DNA of 64,000 nucleotides from Phycisphaerae bacterium (GTDB lineage Bacteria > Planctomycetota > Phycisphaerae > UBA1845 > Fen-1342). The position numbers and the translations under genes are program-made. Under the pieces are notes generated by a model. That model was given only the letters and a program-made list of their open reading frames with translations. It was not told the DNA's origin and searched no databases. This document shows positions 27,837 through 39,667 of the stretch, piece after piece (position 1 is the first letter of the stretch; the number at the start of each line of letters is the position of its first letter). The stretch spans positions 96,001 through 160,000 of the forward strand of contig JASFQK010000001.1 in NCBI GenBank assembly GCA_050115495.1, written 5' to 3'.

Positions 27837-28080
27837 GGTGCCACTGGTGGCTTGTCCACGAGTGCCTCAACCCGTATCTCTCCGCAACTGCCGTTCGCCC
27901 CCACCGAACGCCAATCGGAAATCTCGAATTTCCCCCCGGTCCCCTCAGCCGGCGCCCGCAGCGCAGCTTCCGTCTTCTCCCCCATTCAACCCGCGCAGCG
28001 GGTGCCGGAATCTAGCCCCGGGTGAAACCCGGGGAAGCGCCGCCTCCCCACCCGGGAGCCCGCGCAGCGGGCGGCGGAAC
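27837..28080. repeat. REP-like cluster
   Basis: GGTGCCACTGGTGGCTTGTCCAC (27837-27866) and CCGGAATCTAGCCCCGGGTG.AACCCGGGG...CCCGCG.AGCGGGCGGCGGAAC (27989-28080; second copy at 31384-31465). Confidence 0.75.
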
Positions 28081-28179
28081 ACATCGCGGCCCGCCAACAG
28101 ACACCCGGCTGCTTGTTCCACCTCTGCTACTCCACGCCCATTCCCGCATAGAATAGCACCAGCCCTTGGGGACGAACCC

Positions 28180-28680
28180 ATGGAATGCAGAACGGACCGA
28201 TCAAAGCAACTTGCCCTCCTCCTCGGCGCATCACTGCTCCTGGCGGCATGCTACGTGTGCGTGTTCGTCAACCGCAAATACGTTCCCATCGTGGTGGGCT
28301 GGTTCGGCTTCGTCTTCTTCGGCTACGTCCTTCTCAGGATTCTCTTCAATCTGCTCCGCCCGACGACGATGGTCATCGTCAACGACGAGGGGATCGAGGA
28401 CCGGCGCTGGGGTATCGGCGTTATCCCCTGGCACGACATCACCGCCATCAGTCTGCGTCGAATCCGATCCTCGATATTCCTCTGCGTGGAGGTGAGCGAC
28501 CCGTCCGAGTACATCAGCCGCATGTCGGCACTCCGCCGTTTCTCCGTCTGGGCCAACGGCCTGCTCGACTTTCCACCCATCACCGTATCCTTCTCCGGCC
28601 TCAGCCCATCCATCCACGAAGCGTGGGACTACATCAGCGCGCATTGCAGGCTACTCGCCGACGAGGACTGTGGACCGTGA
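28180..28680 (+). CDS. Membrane protein, two TM helices plus PH-like domain (STM3941-like)
   Basis: GWFGFVFFG, then V.VNDEGI.D....G.IPW.DI. Confidence 0.65.
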   Translation: MECRTDRSKQLALLLGASLLLAACYVCVFVNRKYVPIVVGWFGFVFFGYVLLRILFNLLRPTTMVIVNDEGIEDRRWGIGVIPWHDITAISLRRIRSSIFLCVEVSDPSEYISRMSALRRFSVWANGLLDFPPITVSFSGLSPSIHEAWDYISAHCRLLADEDCGP

Positions 28681-29153
28681 CCAAGAGACGACTGCTCGCG
28701 GTAGGCGCCGCTCTCCTCTTCCTCGGCAGCGCGGCGGGTCTCTACCTCACGGCCGACATGCGCCGTCACAACCGATTCCTGGTCGCCCTACAGCGCTCGC
28801 TCGCTGCCCTCCCTCTGCCGGAGGGAACCACCCGACTGGCCGCCGACTCGCGCGTGGGTCTGCTCGCCGGCAATGGCAACCACTGCGACTACATCGTCGC
28901 CGAGGCCCACGCCACGACACAGACGCCCGACCAGATCACGGCGCACTACGCCCACCTCGCCATCCCGAACCCGAACGGGCAGAACAGCTTCAACGTCGAA
29001 ATCGCATTTTTCAGAGACGATGAACCCCCCGACCTCGACGTGCACGCAGCGTTGAACCTGCGCGTCGCCGACCACGCAGACCGAACCCGCTACGTCCTCT
29101 TCATCCGCCTCATCGGCTACGAGGCCTCCGGCCTCGACCCCCGCTGCCACTAA
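28677..29153 (+). CDS. Hypothetical membrane-anchored protein
   Basis: GTG start overlapping the previous stop; N-terminal TM helix; GNGNHCDY...DPRCH. Confidence 0.6.
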   Translation: MTKRRLLAVGAALLFLGSAAGLYLTADMRRHNRFLVALQRSLAALPLPEGTTRLAADSRVGLLAGNGNHCDYIVAEAHATTQTPDQITAHYAHLAIPNPNGQNSFNVEIAFFRDDEPPDLDVHAALNLRVADHADRTRYVLFIRLIGYEASGLDPRCH

Positions 29154-29189
29154 ACCCCCGCTCAGCGTGACCCACGGCCGGGCACCGCT

Positions 29190-29283
29190 GGGTGCCACTG
29201 GTGGTCTGCCCACCAGTGTCCCCTACCCTCAACCAGCGCCCGACCTCGCAACTTCTATCTTCTGACTCCTGACTTCTGACTCC
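29190..29283. repeat. REP-like hairpin plus TTCTGAC/TCCTGAC heptamer run
   Basis: GGGTGCCACTGGTGGTCTGCCCACCAGTG; TTCTGACTCCTGACTTCTGACTCC, also at ~31659. Confidence 0.7.
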
Positions 29284-29288
29284 CCTCT

Positions 29289-29714
29289 TCAATCTTCTTC
29301 CGCAAAATCCCGCACCGCCGTCACCGAGCTCCAGATGTACACCACCAGCATGACCGCCGCGCTCGCCCCACCGGCGACCGCCAACCCCGTCGCCAGCGGC
29401 CCCGCCGACTCCAGCGCCATCAGTCCCGCCGCCGAACCCAGCCCCAGCGCCGCCAGCAGCAGCACGCCTGTCGCCACCGCCGCCGGCCCGCGAACCGTTC
29501 GCCCTCGCGGCACCGGCATCACTTGCGCAAACGCCCCCTGCGCCCCCACCATCACCAACTGGCACGCCACGCCCGCCCCCAGCGCCACCATCCCGACAAA
29601 CGCCCACTGCGCCGATTGCAGCCCCGCCGGACAGTAATCCAGCACCGACGTGTACAACGACGCCACCAGCGCCATCCCCAGCAGCACCGGCGAGTAATAC
29701 GCAAAACGGCCCAT
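29289..29714 (-). CDS. Small multi-TM membrane protein
   Basis: MGRFAYYSPVLLGMALV..., about four hydrophobic segments. Confidence 0.65.
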   Translation of the reverse strand: MGRFAYYSPVLLGMALVASLYTSVLDYCPAGLQSAQWAFVGMVALGAGVACQLVMVGAQGAFAQVMPVPRGRTVRGPAAVATGVLLLAALGLGSAAGLMALESAGPLATGLAVAGGASAAVMLVVYIWSSVTAVRDFAEED

Positions 29715-29840
29715 ATCCATCTCCCATACCGCCGACCCCGGCGCAACATCCCGGCGCCGTCGGCGGCGAAGCACCGCACATGGTACCATGCCCCACGGCC
29801 CGCCCGAAACCGGGCCGGCCCAGACGCGGAGTACGCCAGC

Positions 29841-30848
29841 ATGAAACACATCGCGATTGTAGGTGCCACCGGAGCCGTCGGCCGCGAGCTGCTCACCCTG
29901 CTCGCCGAACGCGCCTTCCCGGCCGCCTCCTGTCGCCTGTTCGCCTCCGCCCGCTCCGCCGGCCAGCAGCTCCCCGGCCCCACCGGACCACTCACCGTCG
30001 AAGAGCTCGGCCCCGACGCCTTCGCCGGCGTCGATATCGCGTTATTCTCAGCAGGCGGCGCCATTAGCCGCCAATTCGCGCCAATCGCCCAGGCCGCCGG
30101 CACCCTCGTCATCGACAACTCCTCCGCCTTCCGCCTCGTCGCCGGCGTGCCGCTCGTCATCCCCGAAATCAACGGCCACACCGCCCGCCAGCACCACGGC
30201 CTCATCGCCAACCCCAACTGTTCGGCCATTATCCTGACCATGGCCCTCTGGCCACTGCACCAGCTCTGCTCCATCCGCCGCATCGTCGTCGCCACGTATC
30301 AGGCCGTCAGCGGCGCCGGCGCCCGTGCCCTCGCCGAACTCGAAACGCAAACCCGTGCCGTCCTCGCCGGCGAGCCCGCCGCACCGTCCGTCTTCCCCGT
30401 CCCTTGCGCGTTCAACGTCTTCAGCCATAACACCCCCATCGCCGAGGACGGCTACAACATCGAGGAGCGCAAGGTCATCGCCGAGACGCGCCACATCCTC
30501 GGCGCCCCCGACCTCGCCATCGCCCCGACGTGCATGCGCGTCCCCGTTCGGCGGGCGCACACGGAGGCCGTCAGCATAGAATTCACCGCTCCCGTCACCG
30601 AGGACCAGGCCCGCGCCGCCCTCAACGCCGCCGCCGGCGTAACCGTGGTCGACGACCGCGACAATAACCGCTTTCCCACGCCACTGGACGCCAGTGGACG
30701 CGATGACGTGCTCGTCGGCCGTATCCGCCGCGACCCGAGCGTCGCCGACGGCCGCGGCCTCCAACTGGTCTGTTGTGGCGACCAGCTCCGCAAAGGCGCC
30801 GCCCTCAACGCCCTCCAGATCGCCGAACTCCTGATGACCGGAGAATGA
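29841..30848 (+). CDS. asd: Aspartate-semialdehyde dehydrogenase
   Basis: IAIVGATGAVG, DNSSAFR, IANPNCS, YQAVSGAG, DQLRKGAALNA. Confidence 0.96.
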   Translation: MKHIAIVGATGAVGRELLTLLAERAFPAASCRLFASARSAGQQLPGPTGPLTVEELGPDAFAGVDIALFSAGGAISRQFAPIAQAAGTLVIDNSSAFRLVAGVPLVIPEINGHTARQHHGLIANPNCSAIILTMALWPLHQLCSIRRIVVATYQAVSGAGARALAELETQTRAVLAGEPAAPSVFPVPCAFNVFSHNTPIAEDGYNIEERKVIAETRHILGAPDLAIAPTCMRVPVRRAHTEAVSIEFTAPVTEDQARAALNAAAGVTVVDDRDNNRFPTPLDASGRDDVLVGRIRRDPSVADGRGLQLVCCGDQLRKGAALNALQIAELLMTGE

Positions 30849-31384
30849 CCATGTCCTTCGGCTGGCCCGGCGAAAAGATCCAGCTCGTCCCGCTCGAACG
30901 CGGCAAGCACTTCGACAACTGCGTACGCTGGCTCAACGATCCGCAGATCACGCAGTGGCTGCTCGTCGGCGACTTTCCCATCACGCGACTGGCGGAGAAG
31001 GAGTTCTTCGACCGCGCCGCCCGCGAGAACGACAAGCTCGTCGCCTTCGCCATCGAGACACTCGAAGAGGAGCACATCGGCATCTGCGGCCTGAGCGACA
31101 TCGACTTCCGCCACGGCACGGCCACCGTCGGCCTCGTTATCGGCCGCGAGAAGCTCTGGAACCACGGCCACGGCACCGACACCATCCGCACGCTGACCGA
31201 CTACGCCACGCGCGTCCTCGGCCTGCGCCTCCTCTTGGCGGAGGTCTTCGCCGAAAACGACCCCTCCCGCCGCGTCTTCGAGAAGTGCGCCTACGAGCAG
31301 GTCGGCCGCATCCCTCAGCGCTGGTGGAAGCGCGGCGCCCACCGCGACATCCTCCTCTATGCCACCCACCGCCAACCCGCATAG
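30845..31384 (+). CDS. GNAT acetyltransferase (RimJ/RimL-like)
   Basis: HIGICGL..ID, IG....W..G.GT, N..S.RVFEKC.Y. Confidence 0.85.
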   Translation: MTMSFGWPGEKIQLVPLERGKHFDNCVRWLNDPQITQWLLVGDFPITRLAEKEFFDRAARENDKLVAFAIETLEEEHIGICGLSDIDFRHGTATVGLVIGREKLWNHGHGTDTIRTLTDYATRVLGLRLLLAEVFAENDPSRRVFEKCAYEQVGRIPQRWWKRGAHRDILLYATHRQPA

Positions 31385-31683
31385 CGGGCGCCGGAATCTA
31401 GCCCCGGGTGCAACCCGGGGAAAACACCGCCCCCTCCCTCAAGCCCGCGAAGCGGGCGGCGGAACGCTTCCACGAACCAAACACCCTCAAACCACCCGCT
31501 CGCTACCGCTCGGGGCTCGAACAGACAGCGCGCCCCGCGCGTAGCGTCGGCCCCCTGTGGCCGACGTCGAACACCGAACAGATCGTCCCCCCGCGCTCAA
31601 TCTGAAATCTCAAATCTGACATCCCCAATCTCCCCCAACCCGCCCGCGTCCCCGCGACTTCTGACTCCTGACTTCTGACTCCT
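31384..31683. repeat. Composite REP/BIME-like intergenic cluster
   Basis: Four repeat types also seen at 12085, 12225, 27989 and 29259, plus AATCTGA/AATCTCA heptamers at 31599-31620. Confidence 0.75.
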
Positions 31684-31756
31684 CTCTTCCGCCCCGCCAA
31701 CTCCCCCGGTACATTCACACACCGACCGCCACCCAACCGAGGAGATTCCGCAACCC

Positions 31757-33019
31757 ATGCCCTTGCCGCGACTACTCGCCGACCTCGAACCCGCTCCCGG
31801 CCTCATCAAAGAGGACTACGAGGACTTTCTGGTCGAGGAAATCCCGCTTTACCCCATGGATGAACGCGGCACGCACACGTTCTTCCTCATCGAGAAAGCC
31901 GGCCTGACGACCCTCCAGGCCGTCGCCGACCTCGCCCGGGCCCTCAACGTCCGGCGGCAGGCCATCGGCTTCGCCGGCATGAAGGACGCCCGGGCAGTCA
32001 CCCGGCAGTGGCTCTCCGTCGAGCACATCGACCCCGACCAGATCACGAGTCTGGAGATCTCCAGACTCCGCATCCTCGAGGTCCACCGCCACGGCAACAA
32101 GCTCCGCCTCGGCCACCTCAAGGGCAACCGCTTCACCATCAGGGTCCGCCAATCGCACCCCCTGCGCCTTGCCGAACTCCAGGACGGCCTCGCCACCCTG
32201 ACCCAGCGCGGCGTACCCAACTACTTCGGCCGCCAGCGTTTCGGCGGTCGCGGCGACACCTGGGCCATCGGCCGGGCGATCCTGCGCGGCCAGCCGGAAG
32301 AAGCTGTGAATATCCTGTTAGGAGGACCGGCCCCGACCGATCCGCCCCGCATGCGCGCCGCCCGCGAGGCCTACGACGCCGGCGCCTACGAGCACGCCGC
32401 CCGCACGTGGCCGGCGATGTTCCGCGACGAGCGCCGCGCCCTGCGCAGCCTCATCCAGCGCCCGGGCAACCGCCGCCGGGCCCTCTCCGCCATCGACGCA
32501 CGCACGCGCCAGCTCTACGTCTCCGCCTACCAGTCGCACCTGTTCAACCAAATCGTGGCCGACCGCCTACCCGAAGGCCTCGGCCAACTGCTGGACGGCG
32601 ACCTCGCCTGGCTGCACGCCTCCGGAGCCGTGTTTCACGTGGAGCACGCCGCGGACGAGCAACCCCGTGCCGACCGCTTCGACATCAGCCCCAGCGGCCC
32701 GCTCTTCGGCTACCGCATGACCGCTCCCGCCGGCCGCCCCGGCGAGATGGAAACAGCCCTCCTCGCCGGCGAGGCCCTCCCCGACGACGCCTTTCGCGCC
32801 GGGGCCCTCCGTGTTAAGGGCGCCCGACGCCCGCTCCGCTTCCAGCCGGCCGACGCCGAGTTGCGCCTTGGCGCGGACGAACGGGGCCCCTATCTTGAAC
32901 TCCGGTTCTCCCTGCCGCGTGGCTGCTACGCGACGTCCCTCCTCCGCGAGCTTTTCAGCGAAGAGGGTACCGCTGCCGCCGACGGGGAACCCAGCGGAAC
33001 GGAGGAGTCTCTCGACTGA
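31757..33019 (+). CDS. truD: tRNA pseudouridine(13) synthase
   Basis: EDFLVEE, FAGMKDARAVTRQW, GHLKGNRF, PNYFG.QRFG, LP.G.YAT..LREL. Confidence 0.95.
   Translation: MPLPRLLADLEPAPGLIKEDYEDFLVEEIPLYPMDERGTHTFFLIEKAGLTTLQAVADLARALNVRRQAIGFAGMKDARAVTRQWLSVEHIDPDQITSLEISRLRILEVHRHGNKLRLGHLKGNRFTIRVRQSHPLRLAELQDGLATLTQRGVPNYFGRQRFGGRGDTWAIGRAILRGQPEEAVNILLGGPAPTDPPRMRAAREAYDAGAYEHAARTWPAMFRDERRALRSLIQRPGNRRRALSAIDARTRQLYVSAYQSHLFNQIVADRLPEGLGQLLDGDLAWLHASGAVFHVEHAADEQPRADRFDISPSGPLFGYRMTAPAGRPGEMETALLAGEALPDDAFRAGALRVKGARRPLRFQPADAELRLGADERGPYLELRFSLPRGCYATSLLRELFSEEGTAAADGEPSGTEESLD
32631..32646. promoter_or_regulatory. parS: Degenerate parS site inside truD
   Basis: TGTTTCACGTGGAGCA, 14/16 match to TGTTTCACGTGAAACA. 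Confidence 0.55.
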
Positions 33020-33065
33020 CGCCCGCGGCGGGCGCACCGGGGAGACAAGCACACAGCCGGGCGTG

Positions 33066-34388
33066 ATGCGAACCCAGGATCCCCTTCAGTGGAACGCGCT
33101 GCTCGAAGCGGTGCGCGCCGACTACCCGACGCTCTACCGCGCCTGGTTCGATTCGCTCAGCCCCGGCCAACTCGTCGGCGGCGAGCTCACCGTCAACGTC
33201 CCCGACCCGCATTGGGCCCACTACCTCCGCCACGACTGCGCCGAGGCCTTCGCCCGCGTCGCCATGAGCCTGACCGGGCACCTGATCACCCTGTCATTTG
33301 TCGGTCCGGAGCCCGAAACTGTCAGCCCCCCGCGGCGTCCCAGCTCCCCCGACACGCTGACACAGATGCCGTTGAACCCCGATTACACCTTCGCCGAGTT
33401 TGTCGTCGGCCCCTCCAACCGCCTGGCCCACGCCGCCTGCCGGGCCATCTGCGGCCAACCGGGCACCCTGTATAACCCCCTGTTCATCCACGGTGCCTCC
33501 GGCCTCGGCAAGACCCACCTGCTTCAGGCCGTCTGCGCCGAACTGCAGACCAGCCAGCCCGGCGTCCACGTCCTGTTCGTCTCCTGCGAGACGTTCGTCA
33601 ACTGCTTCGTCCGGGCCATCGAGACCGGCGAGCTCCAGGCCTTCCGCGACTCCGTCCGTCACGCAGACGTCCTGATGATCGACGACATCCAGTTCCTGGC
33701 CAACCGCGAGTCCAGCCAGGAGGAGCTGTTCCACACCTTCAACGCCCTTTACCAGACCCGCCGGCAGATCGTCCTTTCAGCCGACTCCCCGCCGGCGGAG
33801 ATCCCGACGCTCGAAGACCGCCTTGTCAGCCGCTTCAACTGGGGCCTCGTCGCCCAGACCGACCCGCCGAACCGCGAGACCCGCCAAGCCATCCTGCAAA
33901 AGAAGGCCCGCATGCGCGGCTGCGAGATTCCTGGCGAGATCCTCGACTTCGTCGCCGAACGCGTCGAATCAAACATCCGCGTCCTCGAAGGTGCCCTGAC
34001 CAAGCTCATCACCGAGAGCCAGCTCAGCGGCAAACCACTTACCCTCGACCTGGCCCGCGAGGTCGTCGCCGGCTTCACCACCCTCGACCAGCGCCCCCTC
34101 CAGGTTAGTGACATTCTCCAGGCAGTCTCGAAGCACTTCGGCATCCGCCTCCAGGAGCTCCTCGGCCGCAAGCGCACCCGCTCTGTCAGTTACCCGCGGC
34201 ACATCGCCATGTACCTCGCCCGCAAGCTGACCCCGCTCAGCCTCGAAGAGATCGGCATGCACTTCGATGGCCGCGACCATTCGACCATCCTCCACGCCGA
34301 ACGCGTCATCGAAAGCGAGCGCAATCACGACCCCCAGACGGCCGAAACGCTCACCGCCCTCACCCGCCATCTGCTGGCCCGCCAATGA
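33066..34388 (+). CDS. dnaA: Chromosomal replication initiator DnaA
   Basis: LNPDYTF..FVVG.SN, YNPLFIHG.SGLGKTHL, IDDIQFL, QEELFHTFN, RDHST. Confidence 0.97.
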   Translation: MRTQDPLQWNALLEAVRADYPTLYRAWFDSLSPGQLVGGELTVNVPDPHWAHYLRHDCAEAFARVAMSLTGHLITLSFVGPEPETVSPPRRPSSPDTLTQMPLNPDYTFAEFVVGPSNRLAHAACRAICGQPGTLYNPLFIHGASGLGKTHLLQAVCAELQTSQPGVHVLFVSCETFVNCFVRAIETGELQAFRDSVRHADVLMIDDIQFLANRESSQEELFHTFNALYQTRRQIVLSADSPPAEIPTLEDRLVSRFNWGLVAQTDPPNRETRQAILQKKARMRGCEIPGEILDFVAERVESNIRVLEGALTKLITESQLSGKPLTLDLAREVVAGFTTLDQRPLQVSDILQAVSKHFGIRLQELLGRKRTRSVSYPRHIAMYLARKLTPLSLEEIGMHFDGRDHSTILHAERVIESERNHDPQTAETLTALTRHLLARQ

Positions 34389-34394
34389 CAGCGC

Positions 34395-34640
34395 CGCCCA
34401 CAGCCCATCCACGCCATCCACAACCCGCCGTCCATATCGCCCCTCAACCGCCGACCACCCGCGCCGCCTGTCGTTCGCCTGGTCCAACGTCAGCAACGGC
34501 CACCATCTGCCCACAGTCGGCCCCCATTCCTAAGACCCCGCCAGCCCGCCACTTAAGACCATGTTTCCACGGAACTGCCACGATTGACAGGCTCTTCTAC
34601 GAAGACGACCACATTTTCATTTAGTCAGATAGAGAGTAAC
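34395..34640 (+). other. oriC: oriC-like element: degenerate DnaA boxes and a DnaA-trio/AT unwinding motif
   Basis: Repeated CCATCCACA/CTGCCCACA/GTTTCCACG; ACTGCCACG-ATTGACA-GGCT-CTTCTACGAAGACGACCA-CATTTTCATTT at 34574-34622. Confidence 0.55.
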
Positions 34641-34833
34641 GGGCCTGTCGCCTTTCAATAGACGGCTACTGAGTTTGGTCTGCCCGCTGGCGAGAATCGC
34701 TCAGAACCGTAAAATACGGACTGTGTACGGGCAGGCCCGACCCGTATCTGACGTCGGGACCTGCGCTTGCGCGGCCCAGCGGCCGGCCGGAGATAGGACG
34801 CCGCCACAACAGCGTCTGGCAGGGCAAGGTGAT

Positions 34834-35949
34834 ATGAAGACAAGACTTCCACGCCAGGAGTTCCAGGACGCCCTCTCCGCCATTACGTCTCTGACCGGCG
34901 GGCGAACCACCAACCCCATTCTCTCGTGCGTCAAGCTCACCGCCGCCGGCGATCGGCTTGAGCTCTGCGCCACCGACGGCGAAGCCGCCTTGCGCTTGGG
35001 CATCGCCGGCTTGGCTATCGATGAACCTGGCGACGTCGTGGTCGGCGCCGACCGCCTCAGCAGTCTCGTACGCGAGATGGCAGATGCGGAGATCGGCCTC
35101 GCCGTCGACGAGCGCCACTGCATCCTTCGCGGGCAGACCAGCGAGTTCAAGCTCTACGTGCAGAGCGCCGCCGACTTCCCGCCCGTTCCCGAATTCGACG
35201 ACGAACCCGACTTCGTCCTCGACGGCCACACGCTGCGCCGTATGACCGGCCTCACGCTCTACGCCGCCGCCCGTGAAACCAGCCGCTACGCCATCAACGG
35301 CGTCCTCTGGGATAAGCACGGCAAAAAGCTCTACATGGTCGCGACCGACGGCCGCCGCCTAGCCCGCGCCGGCGGCGCCCTCAGCGCCTCGCGCAGCGCC
35401 GACTTCGAAATCATCGTCCCCACGAAGGCCCTGAACGTCTTCGAGCGCGTCTTCCCCGCCAGCCGCGACGGCGACCAGCCGATCGACGTCAAGGTTACGC
35501 CGAACCAACTGCTGCTCCGCGGCCAGGAACGCATCCTCTCGACCAACCTGGTCGAAGGCCGCTTCCCGAAATACGACGATGTCATCCCCAAGGAATCCAA
35601 CAAGCGCGCTACCGTCAACCGCGGCGAGTTCTACGCCGCCATCCGTCAGGCTGCGCTGCTGACTACCGAAGACTCGCGAGCCGTCCGCCTCTGCTTCGAG
35701 AAGGGTACGCTGGTGCTGACCTCGCGCTCCCCCGAACAAGGCGAGGCCCGCCTCGAAGTCGGCGTCACCTACGAGGGCGAGCCACTCGAAATCGGCTTCA
35801 ACCCGGCCTTTCTCGGCGACGCCCTGCGAGCCATCCCCTACGAGGAACTGCACATCGAGATGCACGAGAGCTTTCGCCCCGGCGTCATCTGCGGCCCGGA
35901 CAAGACGGAATTCCTCTACGTGCTCATGCCGGTGTCGCTGTCTGCGTGA
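34834..35949 (+). CDS. dnaN: DNA polymerase III beta sliding clamp
   Basis: NPILS.VKL, ATDG, RYAINGV, VATDGRRLA, EGRFP.Y..VIP, IGFN, YVLMPV. Confidence 0.97.
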   Translation: MKTRLPRQEFQDALSAITSLTGGRTTNPILSCVKLTAAGDRLELCATDGEAALRLGIAGLAIDEPGDVVVGADRLSSLVREMADAEIGLAVDERHCILRGQTSEFKLYVQSAADFPPVPEFDDEPDFVLDGHTLRRMTGLTLYAAARETSRYAINGVLWDKHGKKLYMVATDGRRLARAGGALSASRSADFEIIVPTKALNVFERVFPASRDGDQPIDVKVTPNQLLLRGQERILSTNLVEGRFPKYDDVIPKESNKRATVNRGEFYAAIRQAALLTTEDSRAVRLCFEKGTLVLTSRSPEQGEARLEVGVTYEGEPLEIGFNPAFLGDALRAIPYEELHIEMHESFRPGVICGPDKTEFLYVLMPVSLSA

Positions 35950-35953
35950 GCCC

Positions 35954-36337
35954 ATGGACACCGCAGGCAACATGAACGAGAGTCAATACGGCCGAACCGT
36001 CCGGAACCGCCGCCGGTACGAGCCGCGTCCCCTCTTCGGCGCGACGGATACGGCGGGCCTGCTGGCGGCCACCACCCGCCGAGCTGCGCGCTGCCGCGCT
36101 GCTGCCACCGCCTGGGCCGAGGTCACCCCGCCGGCCCTTCGCGACGCAGCGACGGTGGCGGATTTCGAAGGTGGCGTCCTCGAGCTCGCCGTCAGCAGCG
36201 CCACCGCCGGCCACTACCTGCGGCAACGCCTCGCCGGCCTGCGCCGGCAAATGGCCGGCCTCTTGCCCGGCCTCCGGCGGATCCGCTTGGTCGCCGGCCG
36301 TCACGACGCTTCTCCGGCCGAAGGGAGACAGGACTGA
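35954..36337 (+). CDS. dciA: DUF721/DciA-family protein
   Basis: Position between dnaN and gyrB; AW.EV....LRDA.....GVL...V.S. Confidence 0.65.
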   Translation: MDTAGNMNESQYGRTVRNRRRYEPRPLFGATDTAGLLAATTRRAARCRAAATAWAEVTPPALRDAATVADFEGGVLELAVSSATAGHYLRQRLAGLRRQMAGLLPGLRRIRLVAGRHDASPAEGRQD

Positions 36338-36341
36338 GGAG

Positions 36342-38774
<2,433 letters not shown>

Positions 38775-38821
38775 GCACCGCCCGCGATAGCGCCGCCCGC
38801 CGGCGGCAGGAAGGCCGAACC

Positions 38822-39013
38822 ATGTTCAAAGTTGTCAAAATCCTGGTGCTCCTGGCCATTCTCGCCTGCATCGCCGTCGGAGCCTACATGTACGCCCGCC
38901 CCAAGCCCGCGACGACCCCCGGCGGCCCGGCGGAAATCAGCAGCCAGGACAAGGCCGAGCGTTCCGGCGTCGAGGAACCCTACGGCTTCACCTCCGAGGG
39001 CGTCAATCCGTAA
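38822..39013 (+). CDS. Small membrane-anchored hypothetical protein
   Basis: N-terminal TM helix; GGAAGG RBS. Confidence 0.55.
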   Translation: MFKVVKILVLLAILACIAVGAYMYARPKPATTPGGPAEISSQDKAERSGVEEPYGFTSEGVNP

Positions 39014-39133
39014 CGGCCCGGCTCCCCGGCCAGCGTCCGCTATCCGCCGCCGGCCCTGCTCCGGTCGACCCCGAAATTCCCCGATATAATCAGGGAACTG
39101 TCGTCCGATTCGCGTGCGGCTCGGGATCTTGTT

Positions 39134-39667
39134 GTGAACCAGGATGAAGTGCTGCTGAAATCTCGGAAATTCTCCATCCGCCGACGGGACGTACCCGTCG
39201 CCGACGGGAGCGTGCACGCTTATGACATTGTCACGCACCCCGGGGCGGCGGTGATCCTTCCCGTGCTGCCCGACGGACGCCTGCTGCTGATCGGCAACTA
39301 CCGCGTCGCCGTCGACCGCGAGCTGCTCGAGCTGCCCGCCGGCACGATCGATCCGCCCGAATCGCCGCTGAGTTGCGCCGAGCGCGAGCTCACCGAGGAA
39401 ACCGGCTACACCGCCGGCCGGCTCACCCCGCTGCTGTCGTTTTTCTCGACTCCGGGCATTTGCAACGAACAGCTCCACGCCTTCCTGGCCACTGAGCTCA
39501 CGCCCGGCCCGACGGCACACGAGCCCGGCGAGCGCATCCGCCTCGTGCCGATGCAACGCGCGGACGCCCTCGACGCCATCCGCCGCCACGAGATCACCGA
39601 CGGCAAGACCATCGTTACGCTGCTCTACTACGACCGCTTCATCCAGGGCCGAGGAGACGGGGCATGA
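39134..39667 (+). CDS. NUDIX hydrolase (ADP-ribose pyrophosphatase-like)
   Basis: ELPAG.....ESP..CAERELTEETG Nudix box. Confidence 0.9.
   Translation: MNQDEVLLKSRKFSIRRRDVPVADGSVHAYDIVTHPGAAVILPVLPDGRLLLIGNYRVAVDRELLELPAGTIDPPESPLSCAERELTEETGYTAGRLTPLLSFFSTPGICNEQLHAFLATELTPGPTAHEPGERIRLVPMQRADALDAIRRHEITDGKTIVTLLYYDRFIQGRGDGA

Noticed and set aside
29259..31683. Short repeats as a CRISPR array
   Set aside because: Heptamer runs and dispersed hairpins without regular repeat-spacer periodicity; no cas genes.
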